A program made the position numbers and the translations under genes. From the NCBI GenBank assembly GCA_038826135.1, contig JAWBON010000009.1, forward strand, positions 829-28,594: DNA of 27,766 bases. Reading direction: 5' to 3'. How positions within the stretch are numbered: the stretch's first letter is position 1; the number at the start of each line of letters is the position of its first letter. The stretch is from Candidatus Odinarchaeota archaeon (GTDB lineage: Archaea > Asgardarchaeota > Odinarchaeia > Odinarchaeales > Odinarchaeaceae). The notes beneath the pieces are model-generated. The model had not been told where the DNA came from. It did no database searches and saw only the letters and a list, made by a program, of their open reading frames with translations. Positions 8,458 through 18,600 of this stretch are shown here, in pieces.

Positions 8458-9164
8458 ATGCCATCATCCGTATATCTGTGTCTAATAGCCGGATTCTCGT
8501 CAGCTAATTTTTTAAGAACCTCCTCAAACACTTCGTCAGGAGCAAGCGTTCTATTCAGAAATATGCCGGTTCTACCATATTTATCTCTTTTTAACAATAC
8601 CGTTATCCTCTCTCTAATTATCGAAGGCTCCACGTTAAGTATTTTACGAACTCTCCCCTCTTGGTTGATAATAGGGAACTCTATATGCCCTCTCTCAGTA
8701 GGCTGAATTAATACTAGTTTTTTATTAACACCCGCCACCCGCTTATTAGCCTCTAGCTCTTGTAGTGTTATAAGCCCCCCAAATTTATAGAATTCATATT
8801 CTCTGTTACTGTATCTGGCTAGCGGAAACGTTATAGTGGTGGATTCATCTATGTGTATGTGGCCTTTAATACTATGGTTCGGAGTGGCCTGGATTATTTG
8901 TTTACTATATATGCTATAATTTTCTTGTATGATAAGCTCTATGATGAAAGATGGTTCTCTTCTAAGTATGACGATATCTATATCGCTTTTAGGTTTCACG
9001 TCACCTCTTGCAAGACTGCCGTGTAAAAACGCTTCTATGTTATGTTCAGCTAAAGCTGATAATATAGGCTTAGCTTTACCGCGCATTTCAGCTAATAGCT
9101 TCCAATGGTTTTCATCGTAGATTATCTCCTTATCGTCACCTATTCTAACCGTTTTCTCCCTCAT
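8454..9164 (-). CDS. Pol-beta-superfamily nucleotidyltransferase, archaeal COG2413-like
   Basis: HGSLARGDVKPKSDIDIV (GS + DxD) signature, EFYKFGG, RVAGVNKKL. ATG 9164 is preferred over TTG 9191, which would overlap cutA. The stop overlaps the radical SAM start as ATGA. Confidence 0.82.
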   Translation of the reverse strand: MREKTVRIGDDKEIIYDENHWKLLAEMRGKAKPILSALAEHNIEAFLHGSLARGDVKPKSDIDIVILRREPSFIIELIIQENYSIYSKQIIQATPNHSIKGHIHIDESTTITFPLARYSNREYEFYKFGGLITLQELEANKRVAGVNKKLVLIQPTERGHIEFPIINQEGRVRKILNVEPSIIRERITVLLKRDKYGRTGIFLNRTLAPDEVFEEVLKKLADENPAIRHRYTDDGI

Positions 9165-9171
9165 GGCTATG

Positions 9172-9486
9172 TTACCCTTTAACGCTTTCAAGTATCCAGC
9201 TCAAGTACTTACTCGCACCAGCGTTTATTTTAATACTTATTACTTCAGGTGTCTCGTAACTGTGGTTTTCAATAATCACCTTCTCTAGTTCACTGTATTT
9301 TTCTTCAACCGTCTTTATTATTAGAAGGCACTCGCTTGATCTTTCCACCCGCCCCTTCCAAGTATATATCGAGGTTATATCTCTTATTATACTGACGCAT
9401 GCGGCGAGTTTACTCTCAACTATTCTTCTAGCTATATTCTCCGCTTCCACTGGTGTGGGGGTTGTAACGAAAACTATTATATACAT
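9172..9486 (-). CDS. cutA: Divalent-cation tolerance protein CutA
   Basis: VFVTTP, IARRIVESKLAACV, SIYTWKG, IKT, HSYETPEVI; 104 aa. Confidence 0.95.
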   Translation of the reverse strand: MYIIVFVTTPTPVEAENIARRIVESKLAACVSIIRDITSIYTWKGRVERSSECLLIIKTVEEKYSELEKVIIENHSYETPEVISIKINAGASKYLSWILESVKG

Positions 9487-9564
9487 TTCTAACCCTCAAA
9501 TTCTATTAGTCCTATATGCTGATTAAAATTTATATTGATAATCTGATTTAAAAGCCTGAGGTAA

Positions 9565-10800
9565 ATGGGATTGATATATGATGTTTTAACTAACCCGTTT
9601 TTTATTCTATTATTCTTCTGGATATGCCTGTTTTTAATAGGCCAGTTTTTTCATGTTGAAAAATGGGGGGTTCATATATCTCCATTACTTTTAATGTTTA
9701 AAACAAGGCGCGCTAACAGATTTATTGCTAGAATAGCTAGAAAATACCCTCGCGCATGGATTACTATATGGAGTCTAGGTGCGGCTGTAAGCCTGATTGT
9801 GATCGGCTTCGTCCTATATTTTCTCACAAGTAATCTTTTCAGCTTATTTCTTAAATCACCAGCAGCATCCCCCTTGATTCCTATAGTCCCGGGGATAACC
9901 GTGACAGGTTTAACATTAGTGTACTTTATAATACCTCTTTTCTTAGTTATTGTATTCCATGAGTTCTCTCACGGTGTGGCGGCTCACGTTAATAATATCC
10001 CTGTAAAAGCTGCTGGATTATTTTTTGCAATATTCTTCCCCGGGGCTTTTGTTGAACCTGATAGTAGGAAACTTAACGAGAGCAGTGCTAAAGCTAAACT
10101 CATGGTTTACGCTGCAGGCTCTTTCTCAAATCTAGGCTTAGCCGTGGTCGGGCTTCTTCTCGTTAACACGACTGTTTTCAATATTGTAATTTCACCTTTC
10201 TACAATTCTTCAAACGGTGTTATATTTCAGGAGACTGTAAGCGATTCTCCTATCTCCGCTTATTTAACACCTCCGTTTGTATTAACAGGGGCCTCTATAA
10301 ATGGTAGCGCATTCATCTACCATATTAACAGTATGAGTGACTTCATTAACTTCATGGATTTAACGAATCCATACACTAATATCACTCTCTACACTGATAA
10401 AGGAGTTTACACCGTTCCTCTTGAAGAGAATCCTAATAATCCTGGGAAAGGCTATTTAGGGGTTATTCTAACCACCGCGTTCCCATATTATCCTCCACGT
10501 CCATGGGCGGAATGGTTGGGGCCACTGTTTCCATACCACCTCTACCAGGTTTTTAACTGGCTTTGGGTTATTTCATTCAGTGTGGGAATATTTAATCTAC
10601 TGCCGATCCCTGTATTCGACGGTGATAAAATATTATCAGTGATATTGGATAAATTTATTCCATCGGAGAGAATAGTTAAAGTAGGTGGGAGAACAGTTTC
10701 GCTTAGAAAACTTATTCTAAACTCTTTGAGAATATTCTCTATAGCCCTCCTGAGCCTTAATATAATATTATCTTTTATTATATTCCCGATCCTGTTTTAG
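9565..10800 (+). CDS. Site-2 (M50) intramembrane metalloprotease with degenerate PDZ-like loop
   Basis: HEFSH (HExxH), GAFVEPD, AAGSFSN, NLLPIPVFDG, multiple TM helices. SD GAGGT. Confidence 0.92.
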   Translation: MGLIYDVLTNPFFILLFFWICLFLIGQFFHVEKWGVHISPLLLMFKTRRANRFIARIARKYPRAWITIWSLGAAVSLIVIGFVLYFLTSNLFSLFLKSPAASPLIPIVPGITVTGLTLVYFIIPLFLVIVFHEFSHGVAAHVNNIPVKAAGLFFAIFFPGAFVEPDSRKLNESSAKAKLMVYAAGSFSNLGLAVVGLLLVNTTVFNIVISPFYNSSNGVIFQETVSDSPISAYLTPPFVLTGASINGSAFIYHINSMSDFINFMDLTNPYTNITLYTDKGVYTVPLEENPNNPGKGYLGVILTTAFPYYPPRPWAEWLGPLFPYHLYQVFNWLWVISFSVGIFNLLPIPVFDGDKILSVILDKFIPSERIVKVGGRTVSLRKLILNSLRIFSIALLSLNIILSFIIFPILF

Positions 10801-10811
10801 GGGTTCATTAA

Positions 10812-11768
10812 ATGATGAAATGTTTCTACTGTAAAAATCCGGCTGTAACGTTTAGACCGTATTCAGGCGAGTATCTCTGTAAAACCTGTTTCTCAAAGTC
10901 TATTGAGAGAAAAGTTCAGAGGACAATTAACAAATATTCTCTTTTAGAAGAAACCGACACTGTGGCTGTAGCGGTCTCAGGTGGTAAGGACAGTTTAACC
11001 CTACTTACTATTCTAAGTAAGCTGGAGCGGCGTTTCCGTGAAACTAAGCTTATAGCCGTAACAATCGATGAGGGGATTAGAAACTATCGTGAAGAATCTC
11101 TTCGTTTCGCTAAGCTAATATCAAATAAGCTAGAAATCCCCCATAAAATTTACTCGTTTAAAGAATTATTCGGGTACAATTTTGATGATGTAATCGGCCT
11201 GCTTAGAGACTACGGTTTTGATAAATCCTCTCCGTGTTCCTACTGCGGTTTATTGAGAAGAACAGCGCTTAATACCGCTGCTAAAGCTGTTGGAGCTACT
11301 AAATTAGCCACAGCTCATAACCTCGATGATGAAGCTCAAACCGTGATTATGAACTTTCTTAGAGCTGATTATATGCGCGTTCTTCGAACAGGCGCTAAGC
11401 TTGAAAAAATACATTCAGGGTTTGTACCGAGAATAAAACCGTTAATAGAAGTTCCGGAACGCGAAATAATATTATACGCTTATTTTAATAATCTGCCTTT
11501 ACATAGTCAAACCTGCCCGTACGCGCAGGATGCTTTTAGAAACGATGTGCGCGCTTTTCTAAACAAGATGGAGGTAACTCGGCCTGAAGTTAAATATAAT
11601 ATTTTACGCGTGAATGAGAGGCTTCGAACGGTTTACAAGTCTTTAGAAGGCGAATTAGATTTAGGTGTCTGTGTTGAATGCGGGGACCCCTCCTCTCAAG
11701 AATTATGTAAAAAATGCCAGTTAATCAAAATTTTAGATCAATTAAAAGATGTAACGCGTAAAACTTAA
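10812..11768 (+). CDS. ncsA: tRNA 2-thiolation protein, NcsA/TtuA/Ctu1 family
   Basis: N-terminal CxxC..CxxC zinc finger, PP-loop SGGKDS, PCSYC, TAHNLDD, CPYA, C-terminal CxxC..CxxC. Confidence 0.88.
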   Translation: MMKCFYCKNPAVTFRPYSGEYLCKTCFSKSIERKVQRTINKYSLLEETDTVAVAVSGGKDSLTLLTILSKLERRFRETKLIAVTIDEGIRNYREESLRFAKLISNKLEIPHKIYSFKELFGYNFDDVIGLLRDYGFDKSSPCSYCGLLRRTALNTAAKAVGATKLATAHNLDDEAQTVIMNFLRADYMRVLRTGAKLEKIHSGFVPRIKPLIEVPEREIILYAYFNNLPLHSQTCPYAQDAFRNDVRAFLNKMEVTRPEVKYNILRVNERLRTVYKSLEGELDLGVCVECGDPSSQELCKKCQLIKILDQLKDVTRKT

Positions 11769-11772
11769 TAAT
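11765..11772 (+). promoter_or_regulatory. Probable TATA box of the SRP RNA gene, overlapping the ncsA stop codon
   Basis: TTAATAAT preceded by CGTAAAA, ending 22 nt before the first nucleotide of SRP helix 1 (11795). Confidence 0.5.
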
Positions 11773-11794
11773 TTGATTGCTTAATTAAATACTT

Positions 11795-12114
11795 GCAGCA
11801 ACGGGAGGTCCGGGGAGTTTGCCCTGCCCTGTAACTCGAAACGGGCATTATGCGAGGGACAGTAACCATTAAGGCGGTGTCAACTCTAAGAGTGAAGACT
11901 GCTTATTCAACTATGAAATCCCGTCCTGCCGGGCTTATGGTGAATATGCCTCTTCTGTAGGGAAGAGTGCTATATTCTTTATGGGGTGAACCGGCTAGGC
12001 CTGGGAAGGAGCATCCTAAACCCCAACATACAGCGTTGGTAGGGTGCGGGATCGAGATCGAGTATGCAGCCCCCGGCTCTTAGAGTTGACATCCACTTAA
12101 TGGAGCGTTGCTGC
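11795..12114 (+). ncRNA. ffs: Archaeal SRP (7S) RNA
   Basis: Terminal helix GCAGCAACG (11795-11803) pairs with CGTTGCTGC (12106-12114). Alu UGUAA motif. Perfect 15-bp helix-5 segment 11878-11892/12077-12091. Helix 6 with GUAG tetraloop. Helix 8 UAGG-CCU-GGGA-AGG-AGCA. Confidence 0.96.
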
Positions 12115-12118
12115 GCTT

Positions 12119-13273
12119 CTAGTATTCGTTTTCTTTAAAAACTTTCGCAGCGGCTTTGACGGCTGTTCTCCTCTTTACGCTTAAGCCCTTAATTATTAAA
12201 CTATCCTCTAAAGCGTTTAATGTGGTTTTCACCTGCTGCTGGTTAATGTTTCCAATAGTCCCGATTCTTATAATCTTTCCTTTAGTTGGGCCTATCCCAC
12301 CTGATATCGCGATCCCGTACTTTTCTAATAAATGCTTTTTAATATCACTATCTGTAATATTAGGTGGCAGATGGAATGCGTTCACAGTAATTGACGCGTA
12401 GTCTTCACTTTTAGGGAAGAGTCGGAATCCTATGGCTTTAGCCCCCTCTCTTAAAGCTTTTGAACATATCCTATGCCTTAAAACTCTTCTCTCAATACCC
12501 TCCTCTGATATTATTTTCAAAGCTTTTTTCAACGCGAAGAACAATGATACGGCTGGCGTGAACGGTGTCTCGTTTTTCTCATGGAATTTTCTAATTTTCT
12601 CAAGATCCCAGTAATAATTTATATGAGGCTTGCTACTCTCAACTTTCCTCCAAGCGTTATCGTTTAATGTTATAAAAGCTAGCCCGGGAGGGCATGCTAT
12701 GCACTTCTGGCTTCCTGAAACAACTATGTCAAAACCCCATTTATCAGTGTACAGTTCATCGCCGCCTAGGTTACTTATAGCATCACATAAAACCATTACA
12801 CCGCACTGTTTCCCCACCCTCGCTAGCTCTTTAGCATTATTCCTGACACCTGTAGATGTTTCATTATATACGAATGCTAATATTGAGGTGTCTGGGTTTT
12901 TTTCAAGTGTTTCTTTAACGATATCAGGGTTCGCGCATTCACCCCATTCAGCTGGTATTCTAACCACTTTCGCCCCGTAGACTTCAAAGATATCGGCAAG
13001 TCTGATCCCGAATTCACCGTTAACAGGCACAGCCACCACGTCATCTTTCTTAACTAAATTGCTAGCAGCGCATTCAACAGCCCCTGTTCCAGATGATGTG
13101 AGTATATATACCGGGTTTTTTGTTTGAAATAAATATTTTAAACCCTCCTGTAGCTCTTCATAGAGGAGGTGGAACTCTCCCCCTCTATGATTTATCATTT
13201 TTCTAGCTTCCTCCACTCTAATCTCATCCGGTACATTTGTCGGGCCTGGTAGCATTAATAAATCTTCATTCAT
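12119..13273 (-). CDS. Class V PLP-dependent aminotransferase (alanine/serine-glyoxylate type)
   Basis: MLPGPTNVP, SSGTGAVE, NETSTG, DAIS, SGSQK (PLP lysine intact), CPPGL, PFTP, IRIGTIG. Confidence 0.9.
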   Translation of the reverse strand: MNEDLLMLPGPTNVPDEIRVEEARKMINHRGGEFHLLYEELQEGLKYLFQTKNPVYILTSSGTGAVECAASNLVKKDDVVAVPVNGEFGIRLADIFEVYGAKVVRIPAEWGECANPDIVKETLEKNPDTSILAFVYNETSTGVRNNAKELARVGKQCGVMVLCDAISNLGGDELYTDKWGFDIVVSGSQKCIACPPGLAFITLNDNAWRKVESSKPHINYYWDLEKIRKFHEKNETPFTPAVSLFFALKKALKIISEEGIERRVLRHRICSKALREGAKAIGFRLFPKSEDYASITVNAFHLPPNITDSDIKKHLLEKYGIAISGGIGPTKGKIIRIGTIGNINQQQVKTTLNALEDSLIIKGLSVKRRTAVKAAAKVFKENEY

Positions 13274-13338
13274 ATATGAATCCCCTCTTCAACTATCTCC
13301 GAATCTTAACTAAACATGTTGATAAGCTTTTCTTCTAT

Positions 13339-15558
13339 TTAATCCCGGTAATTCTCTAAATTCTGTTGACTGTCACTATCCCCCTCCTCCAGTCTTCTCC
13401 AGGTTTCACGGTTTAAAACCCCCCCGATTTGTTCTATTATCTTTTTAGCAACCCCCGTTCCTATTGACGGTATGCAAATAAGATCGTTTAAACTTGCTTT
13501 TTTAAGCGCTACAATACTTTTGTAACCTGCATTGAACAGGATTCTCGCTCTCACCCGGCCTATTCCTTTTAACTGGGTTAATTCCATAACCTCTTCTTTA
13601 ACCCCTTTGCTTATCCTCTTTTCTAGAACCGCCAGCTTTGTTAGGAGTCCATCATATTTGAAGAGTTTCGATATCTCATAGCAGGCGTGGATAAGCCATT
13701 CACCAAGCTCCACCATTCTCTGCAGGTCACCGGCGCCTATATCATATTTCTCCTCTAATTTATCCTCAGGCTCCTCGTTTATCCAGTCATTGATCAAGGA
13801 AGCTGTTTTAAGCTCTGATAGAAAGAACTCGTATGCATATATATTCTCCCACCTGTCCGGTATATCCACTAGTACTTCATCTTTAACTGTATTTGCTAAT
13901 AGCTCTAAATCATCATAATCTCTTTTTCTAAGATATAGAGGCTCCATATCTGGTGTGTGGGCTATTAAATGTAGGAAGCTGAATTCCGTGATATTCTTAT
14001 TATTTGATGCGAATAACGCGTCTTTTATTATTTCACCTGTTTTAGGGTCTATGTATAGCTCCGAGACTTTTTTACCAAACGGTGTTGCTTTAAAAACCCC
14101 CTCCTTGGAGATTACCATCTCCTCTTCTACAAGGTAATCTATAATTTTCTGAACCACGCTGGTGATAACCTCGTACCTGTATTGTTGAGCATAGAATGTT
14201 TCTTTTAAGAAATCTATTAGTTCATCGTAGGTTTCTGTGAATTTTGTAGCTATAGATGATAGTATATGCGTTCTCAGAGCGGGCTCTGACGCTAGTTTCG
14301 ACCATATTCTCTCAGGCTCCCCGAATACGTAGTTTGTCATTAGAAAATCGAATTCACGTTTATCACCTGATATAAGGATAGCTTCACCTATCACATCGTA
14401 TTTAGGTCTGCCCGCCCTCCCCGCCATCTGTTTTATTTCTAGAACTGAAATCGGCATGTAACCTAAACCCGCATCGTATCTTCTGTAATCTTTGATTATA
14501 ACTCGGCGGGCTGGCATGTTTAATCCCGCGGAGAGTGTTGGTGTGGCGGTAACAACTTTTATTAAATTATTTTTAAACCCTTCTTCAACTATACGCCGGT
14601 ATTCATACGGTAACCCTGCGTTATGGAATGCTACTCCTCTTCTAATAGTTTCAGCCAGGGTTCTGCCTAAATTTGTCTGTTCTCTAGAGTTTAAAATCCT
14701 CTCAGCCACCCGTTCCAGAACCTTCCTCTCATTCCTCTTCAGCAAAGATTCTATAGCTTTACTGATTTTTCTGGATAAGCTGACGGTTGATTTACGTGTG
14801 TTAGTGAAGATTAACACTTGACCGTTTTCATTCACGGTCTCTACGGTTAAATCTAATAAGCTGTCTTCATATACATTGTTTAAACTCTTACATTCACCTG
14901 TATTGAACGTGATCGTATCGTAGAGTAAGACTCCCTCTTTAAGTTTTACAGGTCTCCAATCACTTTCAACAAGTCTTGCATTAAGCCAGTTTGCTATTTC
15001 ATTCGAGTTACTGATTGTAGCGCTTAAACCCAGTATTTTAGCTTGAGGCGCGACTCTTCGCAGTTTCGCTATAATAATCTCTAATGTAACTCCTCGTGAA
15101 GCATCGTTAATTATATGGATTTCATCAACCACGATTATAGATATTTCTCTAAGCCAGTTGACGTTGTGTCTTATCAGCGAATCCATTTTTTCATTCGTCA
15201 TTATGATTATATCATATCGAGCTAGATACGGATCCGCTGTGTCAAGATCTCCTGATGTTAGTGCCACTTTGAACCCGAGATTGTTATATTTCTTGAAGTC
15301 CTCGTATTTTTCAGACGCTAAAGCTCTTAAAGGTAGTAAGTAAACCGCTTTACCGCCTTTTCTCATCAATGTGTCGATAATGCAAATCTCGGCTACGAGC
15401 GTTTTACCTGAAGCGGTCGGACATGCTAAAACCAGGTTTCCTTCAGCTAACGCGCCTGTTTTAAAAGCTTGTTCCTGAGTAGGGTACAGTTCACTGTAGC
15501 CTTCTTTTTTTAAAAGATCTATGAGCCTGCTATTAACATCCAACTCATCTATTAATAT
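13339..15558 (-). CDS. hel308: Hel308/Hjm Ski2-like DNA helicase
   Basis: Q-motif LYPTQ, PTASGKT, DEIH, SAT, QMAGRAGRP, HhH GIGRVRAR. The first canonical start is TTG 15543; SD GAGGTG and family N-terminus suggest ATA at 15558. Confidence 0.93.
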   Translation of the reverse strand: MLIDELDVNSRLIDLLKKEGYSELYPTQEQAFKTGALAEGNLVLACPTASGKTLVAEICIIDTLMRKGGKAVYLLPLRALASEKYEDFKKYNNLGFKVALTSGDLDTADPYLARYDIIIMTNEKMDSLIRHNVNWLREISIIVVDEIHIINDASRGVTLEIIIAKLRRVAPQAKILGLSATISNSNEIANWLNARLVESDWRPVKLKEGVLLYDTITFNTGECKSLNNVYEDSLLDLTVETVNENGQVLIFTNTRKSTVSLSRKISKAIESLLKRNERKVLERVAERILNSREQTNLGRTLAETIRRGVAFHNAGLPYEYRRIVEEGFKNNLIKVVTATPTLSAGLNMPARRVIIKDYRRYDAGLGYMPISVLEIKQMAGRAGRPKYDVIGEAILISGDKREFDFLMTNYVFGEPERIWSKLASEPALRTHILSSIATKFTETYDELIDFLKETFYAQQYRYEVITSVVQKIIDYLVEEEMVISKEGVFKATPFGKKVSELYIDPKTGEIIKDALFASNNKNITEFSFLHLIAHTPDMEPLYLRKRDYDDLELLANTVKDEVLVDIPDRWENIYAYEFFLSELKTASLINDWINEEPEDKLEEKYDIGAGDLQRMVELGEWLIHACYEISKLFKYDGLLTKLAVLEKRISKGVKEEVMELTQLKGIGRVRARILFNAGYKSIVALKKASLNDLICIPSIGTGVAKKIIEQIGGVLNRETWRRLEEGDSDSQQNLENYRD

Positions 15559-15621
15559 CCTAAGCCACCTCTCTTAATAAAGCAGTAAACTTCAACCATT
15601 CTATTCTAGATTATTTTTAGT

Positions 15622-18600
15622 TCACTCGGTTCTTTTAATATAGCCAGGCTCCGGTTCAAATATCGTCCCATCGTTGAGCAGTCGCTGAAGAGCTTCTTTA
15701 ACGAATCCTTCTTCAAGCTGATATTCTTTAGCTCTATCTATGACGTCTTGGAGTGGGACCGTTCCTTTCTGCTCTTTTTCAAGGTTGGATATAATATCTA
15801 AAAGTGTGCTAAGCCTGTCACGTTGACTTTTAGGCGCCCCTGTCATTAATATGTCGATATCCATTTTACCAGTCTCCTTGTCCACGCCAACCTGGTGGAG
15901 GCATGATTTAACTAGTTTTATCACAGCTTCCGTATCTTCAACAGTAGCCTCTTTTTTAAGAGCCATTCTAGCTCTGGCTTCAACAAGACGTATTAAAGCT
16001 TCTAATTGACGGGCGGTTATGGGTACAGGTGAATCCTCTCCCTCCCCGGATTTTCGCATCTCTAAATAGAATTCCTGTATTTTTTTAGCAGCTTCAGGGC
16101 TTATTGAAGGCGAACAGTTTCTTTTAGCGTATGTTATATATTTTCTCAGAAAATCTATATCTAAGGGTGGCTCAACGCTCTCTCTTCTGTGAAGGGATAG
16201 TATGTGCTCAGCTATTTTACGATCTTTTTCTACATCCGGCTTATCAGTCACTATGAATATTAAATCAAATCTGCTTAGCAAGGTTACTGGTAATTTTATG
16301 TTATCCGCTGGGGTTCTATACTCGTTGTATCTTCCTAAAGCCGGGTTTGCAGCTGCAAGAATACTTGTTCTAGCATTCAGCGTGGCGATAATACCGGCTT
16401 TTGCGATACTTACCGTTCTCTGCTCCATCGCTTCATGTATCGCCACTCTATCCTGGGGGTTCATCTTATCAAACTCATCTATACAGTTATGCAGCCAGAC
16501 GCCGTTGCCATAAAAGTTGTTGAATCCAGGAACATAAAGGTCATAGACAAAGCCTTTATATGATTTTTTTCTAATGGCGACTATTTTATCCAAAAAATAG
16601 TCTCTTTTTGTAATTGTATTTATTTCATTATTAAGCCCTGCGGGAAGATAATTCGCCAGTTTGTCTCTGATTTTTTCTAATTGGATTCTAGACGGTTGAT
16701 TCTTTTGTTTATTATAAGCATATAAAGTGCTCCAGACTCCTTTTTTCACCAGAATCGATTTATTTAAATTACTTATAGCTTTACTTATTCTTGACACTGC
16801 TTGGCTTGGTAATTTATCGCTGTCTGATGAAACTTTATTTATAGAAGGAGGAATTTTCGTCTTTTGAACTTTAATACTATGTTCTTTCATTAATTTACAG
16901 AAATTATTCACGTCAGCTCTTCCAGTTATTCTAATTATATTCGCATTCTTTTTTATTAATAATTTAGAATAGACATCTAATCTTCTCAGAGCTTGCATAA
17001 AGGCTAAATCTTTTTTCTTATTATCAGAAAGAAGAAATTCTATATGTGCCGTATAATATTTTTTATCTTTTTTTCTGCTTTTCTTAATAGATACATAACC
17101 GTCAGAATCAAAGGCTCCTGCTATAAATTCTTTAAGACAGTTTTGAGGTAATTCTAAAATATTTTTCAGATTCTCTTTTAAAAAGTAATCAATAATGAAA
17201 GTTAATAGATTCGAGCGAATAAATAATTCAGTAAATTTTTCTGAAACTTGTTGATCCTTAATAATTGAATTATTCTCTCTCTGGTGTTCCCATAATTTTC
17301 TATACGAAATTTTTTCTATACATTTCTTTAATTTATCGATAATTTCTTTTTTCTTTATTGGTTGTTTTATTTGAATCATCGATCCTCTTTTATTAATTTG
17401 ATAAGTTCCATCACCATATACAACGCCTAAAAGATAAGAGAGTTCCGGTGTTATTTTGCTAATTTTTAAGGTTTCACCCATCTTTTTACGTGCATATTTA
17501 ATAGGTTTATCTTTCCATTCGTCAATTAAATTGAAATAATTTAAAATTTCTTTGAATTTTCCTAACTTAAAGTGTTCATTACCTGAAAGAATTCCTCTCT
17601 TTATATTGAAAGCTTTATTGAATTCGCTGACGCTTCTAAAGTTTTGTAAAATTATTTTTTTCAATTTTTGTTTATCACTTTTTGACAGAATAACCAGCCA
17701 ATCTTCAGGTATGATATCGAATAAATATATTTCCCTCTTAGGCTCGCTGATTTTTAAAGGGGCTATGATATAATCCCCTACTTTAAATTCCTGGGCCGAT
17801 CTCCATGTAATACTATTTCCATCTATTAATTTATGGTCGGGTGTTAAATTCAACTCAAACCCGGAATTTAATTTAATATGAATAATTTCACCGTCATATT
17901 TCTTTCTTCTAATAATATTCGATTCTGTCTGAGTGGACTCAAATTTTTCCAAGTTAAAGGTTTTAATCTCACCGTTAATTGGGGCGATTTGAATTTCTTC
18001 ACCATTACTGTACCTGATTTGCATTAAATCTTCATTAAATAATTTCTCAATCGATATAATTCTATTATTAAAAATTATATCGGTGTTTGGATGTAAACAT
18101 GCTAAACCTTTATCAGCTAAAACTAGTGCCCCTGCTTCAAGAGCCATCGCTCCGGACTCATCTTTTAAAACAGCGGCTGTGTTATGAACTAGTAATCCGT
18201 TAGCTATGAAGCTGTGGCTGTCTTCAACAGTGACATCGTATACCCATTGATGAATGTTAGAGTTTGAAAACTCAATTTTTTTAACTTTATCCCAGAAAAT
18301 ATCTGTCTCTTTCAAATCTTCTGGTGCATATGATGGTTGACTTGAGGTTTCGGTTATACTCGTCTCCTTGTGTGTTAGCGGCGTGGTATAAATTTTATAG
18401 TATGGTGGTTTATTGTAAACGCTATTTTGTGAATTAATCCAGGTTTTCTGTAGATGTTCAACTGCTTTTTCAAGTTTTTCTCTTTTCAACTTTGATTTTG
18501 AACCTATCCTGTCACGATAAATTATTAATTCAAAACCGTTTATAGTAAGTGTTTGAGCTTTATCCTGGGATGTCTTATCTGATTTAAATTCTTTTTTATC

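Noticed and set aside
8454-9164. MNT antitoxin of an MNT-HEPN toxin-antitoxin pair
   Set aside because: No adjacent HEPN (RxxxxH) gene, and the protein is over twice the size of a minimal MNT.
12023-12039. Possible extra hairpin CCAAC/GTTGG 3' of SRP helix 8
   Set aside because: The same bases are accounted for by helices 8 and 5 (pairing with 11920s-11940), so no novel helix is needed.
11795-12114. RNase P RNA as the identity of the GC-rich intergenic stretch
   Set aside because: No P4 GAGGAAAGUCC-type motif was seen, whereas SRP helices 1, 5, 6 and 8 all fold.
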